Virus record (IMG/VR): IMGVR_UViG_3300025387_000001
Strand: one strand, 5' to 3'
DNA: 64,000 nt
Origin: an uncultured virus (IMG/VR IMGVR_UViG_3300025387_000001)
Lineage: Duplodnaviria; Heunggongvirae; Uroviricota; Caudoviricetes
The translations under genes and the position numbers were made by a program. Every line of letters begins with the position of its first letter. Positions within the stretch are counted from its first letter, which is position 1. The notes under the pieces are model-generated. The model was given only the letters and a program-made list of their open reading frames with translations, ran no database searches and was not told where the DNA came from. Below are positions 61,040 through 64,000 of this stretch, in pieces.

Positions 61040-61302
61040 TGCCAAACTATACTTTTCGTAATAAAGAAACCAATGAAGAATTTACCGTCACCATGACAAT
61101 GGCGGACCACGACACATATCTAGACGATAAACCTCACTTGGAGCAAGTTCTCCGCAATTTTACTATGGTCGACCCAGTTAATGTGGGTATCACAAAACCA
61201 CCAGCAGATTTCCAGAAATATGTATTAGGCAGAATTAAAGCGGCCGTACCAGAGGCCTCTGCCGTTGCGAACAAACGCTGGGACATTCCAAAGGAGATTT
61301 AG
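61039..61302 (+). CDS. small conserved T4-like protein (FmdB-like N-terminus)
   Basis: MPNYTFRNKET start. Confidence 0.65.
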   Translation: MPNYTFRNKETNEEFTVTMTMADHDTYLDDKPHLEQVLRNFTMVDPVNVGITKPPADFQKYVLGRIKAAVPEASAVANKRWDIPKEI

Positions 61303-61334
61303 AACTGTCTCAACCACCAAAAAAATCCACGAAT

Positions 61335-61371
61335 AGAGGCCGCGCCCGCAAGGCGTTGGCCTCTTTTGTTT
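61335..61371 (+). terminator. rho-independent terminator-like hairpin
   Basis: AGAGGCC..GCAA..GGCCTCT followed by TTTGTTT. Confidence 0.6.
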
Positions 61372-61409
61372 ATGAGAAGGTGAATAACGAAAAACAAAAA
61401 GGTAAAGAT

Positions 61410-62135
61410 ATGTCTGTAAAAAGAAAGAAAAATAACCGTAATCCAAACCATGAGATATCTGCACAAAACGCCGCTGAGAAAAACCACTTTGAATTGCGTC
61501 ACATAAATCCACTAACAGTAAACCAGCAAAGAGTGTGGGACGCATATGATAGCGGAGCAAATCTTATGTTACACGGTTATGCCGGCACCGGTAAAACCTT
61601 TCTGTCATCTTATCTCGCATTAAAAGAAGTTCTACACGAAAAGACATATAAGAAGGTTGTTATCATCCGATCGGTCGTACCAAGCCGCGACATGGGATTC
61701 CTACCAGGAACCGACAAACAAAAATCGGAAGTTTACGAACAACCTTACCAAGAAATCTGTGATGACTTATTTGGTCGTGGCGATGGATGGAAGATTTTGA
61801 AGTTAAAGGGCTTAGTAGAGTTTACTACTACTTCCTTTCTACGTGGTATGACATTTAACGATTGTATTATCATTGTTGACGAGTGCAATAATATGACATT
61901 CCAGGAAATTGATACAGTTATGACCCGTATAGGTCAAAACTCTCGCATTATATTCTGTGGTGACTATAGGCAAACTGACCTACATAAACCACATGAGAAA
62001 ACTGGTATTAAAGAACTGATGGCTGTTACTCGCCGTATGCCATCGTTTGATCATATTGAGTTTAATATTGAGGACATCGTGCGAAGCGGTGTGGTGAAAG
62101 AATATATAATACAAAAGACTGAAATGGGACTCTAA
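61410..62135 (+). CDS. phoH: PhoH-family ATPase
   Basis: GYAGTGKT, GFLPG, LRGMTF, VDECNN, TRIG..GDYRQTD. Confidence 0.95.
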   Translation: MSVKRKKNNRNPNHEISAQNAAEKNHFELRHINPLTVNQQRVWDAYDSGANLMLHGYAGTGKTFLSSYLALKEVLHEKTYKKVVIIRSVVPSRDMGFLPGTDKQKSEVYEQPYQEICDDLFGRGDGWKILKLKGLVEFTTTSFLRGMTFNDCIIIVDECNNMTFQEIDTVMTRIGQNSRIIFCGDYRQTDLHKPHEKTGIKELMAVTRRMPSFDHIEFNIEDIVRSGVVKEYIIQKTEMGL

Positions 62136-62200
62136 AGGTTGACATTTACGGAGAGGTGTAGTATAATGGATGAAACAGTTGAGGACGACTTTGATGTTGG

Positions 62201-62890
62201 ATGCTAGTGAAAACTTTTAATCATATAAACCATGACCACTTTCTAACTACTCTGAAAAGGGAAGAATATAATGGAAAACGATACTACATCTCTCCAAATG
62301 GCACCAAGTTGCCTTCGGTTACAACATTCTTGTCTCATTTTAAAGGCGATAGCATCGCAAAGTGGCGCGCCAAAGTCGGTGAAGAAGAGGCAAACCGAGT
62401 ATCAGCAAGAGCATCTAGACGCGGTACACAATTTCATTCTCTCATGGAATCTTATATCAAGAATGAGGAAGGGTCAACTTACCTAACCAAAGATTTGATG
62501 CCTGATATGAAACAGGCATTCCGTAATATGTTGCCAACATTGGATCGTATTGATAATGTCCATTATGTTGAGGCAATGTTGTATAGTGAGGCCATCGGAC
62601 TAGCAGGTCAGGTTGATTGTATTGCTGAGTTTGATGGCATCACTTCCATTATTGACTTTAAGACCTCGTTGAAACCTAAGAAAGAGGAATGGATTCTCAA
62701 TTACTTTGAACAATGCACCGCATACTCCTTGATGTATGAGGATATGACCGGCATCCAGGCCAGGCAGATTGTTGTATTGATATCAGTAGACCACGAAATC
62801 CATCCACAGATATTCGTCAAGAGAAGGACAGATTATGTTAAAGGATTATATGATAAGATTGTCCAGTTTAGAGAGGAATATGAACTATGA
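62201..62890 (+). CDS. PD-(D/E)xK exonuclease
   Basis: PSVTT, RGTQFH, AGQVDC, IIDFKTS, Q..AY. Confidence 0.88.
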   Translation: MLVKTFNHINHDHFLTTLKREEYNGKRYYISPNGTKLPSVTTFLSHFKGDSIAKWRAKVGEEEANRVSARASRRGTQFHSLMESYIKNEEGSTYLTKDLMPDMKQAFRNMLPTLDRIDNVHYVEAMLYSEAIGLAGQVDCIAEFDGITSIIDFKTSLKPKKEEWILNYFEQCTAYSLMYEDMTGIQARQIVVLISVDHEIHPQIFVKRRTDYVKGLYDKIVQFREEYEL

Positions 62891-63105
62891 AATATTTCCT
62901 ACCAATATTGGTGTTTCTTTGTCTTGGTTTGGCTAGCTGTAACACTATCACCATCGCAGACTGCCTTATACGGGACAACACTAGTAGCCCCTGTAACTAA
63001 AGGTTCCGTAGACCATCGTGGTGTTTCGGCGCCACAGATGGAAGAGTTTGAGAACCAAGTAGAATAATACTTGACATTCCCAAAAAATACTCTATAATAA
63101 ATAGT

Positions 63106-63345
63106 ATGCTTAGGTCGTTGAGAACGGTAGAATAAGCAGGCAGGACCTGGGAGCGTTACCCAGCCGGTCCACCAAAGGACATTAAGGTGTCTTTTGGGGG
63201 CCGGAAGTAGGATCGACTGATGTGGTAAAGGCCGAAGGAGACCAAAAGCAATCGTAAATGCTAACGATAATTCAGCATATCAGGATCTTGCTCTAGCAGC
63301 ATAGTCCTACGGGCCGCCGGCAGCCTCGGAACAGAATGCCGGCAC
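63106..63345 (+). ncRNA. ssrA: circularly permuted two-piece tmRNA
   Basis: 3' acceptor half CCGGTCC-A-CCA (63164-63174) precedes 5' half GGGCCGG (63198-63204) with G3-U70; tag ANDNSAYQDLALAA-stop (63260-63304); promoter TTGACA..TATAAT at 63071; ends approximate. Confidence 0.93.
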
Positions 63346-63508
63346 CTCACAAAGGACACTAAAATGAAAACAAAAAAGTTGATTTTAAAGTTCTATCGTG
63401 CTATACTGAATAAAGATGCTAAGAAGGAGAGGAAGTTTTGGTTTAAACTCCTCAAGAAATCTTTCAAAGGCAAAAACACTCACGCAATCCGATAGGAGAT
63501 ATTATATT

Positions 63509-63733
63509 ATGACGCCTGAAGAAATCAATAAATTTTCTATGGCTATTGAAGAGATGGTTTATATGAAGGACATTCCTTACATTGATGCCATCTGTATGTT
63601 TGCGGAACAAAACAATATAGAAATGGAGACCGCTGGCAAACTTGTGTCTGGCGTCCTCAAAGCCAAAATCCAACTAGAGGCTGAAGACCTCAACTTCCTT
63701 AAGAAATCTAAAACTGCTAAACTACCAATATGA
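63509..63733 (+). CDS. 33: late transcription coactivator (gp33)
   Basis: FSMAIE..YIDAI..LKAKIQLEAEDLNFL; adjacent to gp59. Confidence 0.88.
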   Translation: MTPEEINKFSMAIEEMVYMKDIPYIDAICMFAEQNNIEMETAGKLVSGVLKAKIQLEAEDLNFLKKSKTAKLPI

Positions 63734-64000
63734 GTCACTTTTCCGCGTATGGTGCATACGTGGTCTTTGTTACTATCAGAACTCACTTTGAGAGTCCTAC
63801 ATTTGACCTCTTTACGCACCATAAAGTAAAAGCATCTAAGACCACTTATGAAAAGAGACCTGATAGATGGTTCTTTGATAAATTGGCCAAGGAGTATGAA
63901 GACAGAGAACTACGAGATTTTTTTATTGCTAATAGATTGAAGGATCGTAACTATGTCACTGAGTTATTGGAGGACGAAGCAAAAGAAAACTACATTCAAT
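63730..64000 (+). CDS. 59: helicase loader (gp59), 3' partial
   Basis: AY..IRTHF..KRPDRWFFDKLAK..FFIAN; 33-59 synteny. Confidence 0.85.
   Translation, partial: MSHFSAYGAYVVFVTIRTHFESPTFDLFTHHKVKASKTTYEKRPDRWFFDKLAKEYEDRELRDFFIANRLKDRNYVTELLEDEAKENYIQ

Noticed and set aside
62201..62890. Cas4 implying a CRISPR system
   Set aside because: Typical stand-alone phage PD-(D/E)xK exonuclease; no Fe-S cysteine set and no array
262..63822. Numerous minus-strand and alternate-frame ORFs in the track
   Set aside because: They shadow well-supported + strand genes and have no motifs; only 44385..45116 is accepted on the minus strand
1..64000. Alternative genetic code (stop-codon reassignment)
   Set aside because: Core genes are full length under the standard bacterial code and end in TAA, TAG or TGA normally

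Overview
A 64 kb, almost entirely + strand segment of a large T4-like (Tevenvirinae-related) dsDNA phage genome. It carries core replication genes (gp43 polymerase, UvsX, gp41 helicase, gp61 primase, RNase H, gp33, partial gp59), nucleotide metabolism genes (ThyX, class II NrdJ, glutaredoxin, a deaminase, PhoH) and many accessory genes (peptidoglycan enzymes, ClpP, Dps, Bfd, 2OG-Fe(II) oxygenases, two DNA methyltransferases). An alphaproteobacterial host is inferred from a circularly permuted two-piece tmRNA (tag ANDNSAYQDLALAA), four RegA/RegR-like palindromes placed exactly 21 nt upstream of sigma70 -35 boxes, and a PhaR-like box. The most striking unexplained structure is a roughly 60 nt two-hairpin element found six times, directly upstream of five related GIY-YIG endonuclease genes and one nuclease-less derivative. 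Its stems covary, its G-U versus A-C asymmetry says it folds on the strand antisense to the nuclease gene, and five of six copies have a reverse late promoter (TAAATA) in codons 2-4 of the ORF. This suggests a mobile nuclease plus small antisense RNA module. Other candidates are a degenerate tRNA-Gly preceded by an unknown multibranch RNA, a hairpin-silenced restriction-modification-like pair, a cluster of putatively virion-packaged enzymes with capsid-targeting and L-x-E cleavage motifs, and two SD-adjacent pseudoknots. All calls come from reading motifs by eye; no database searches were run.
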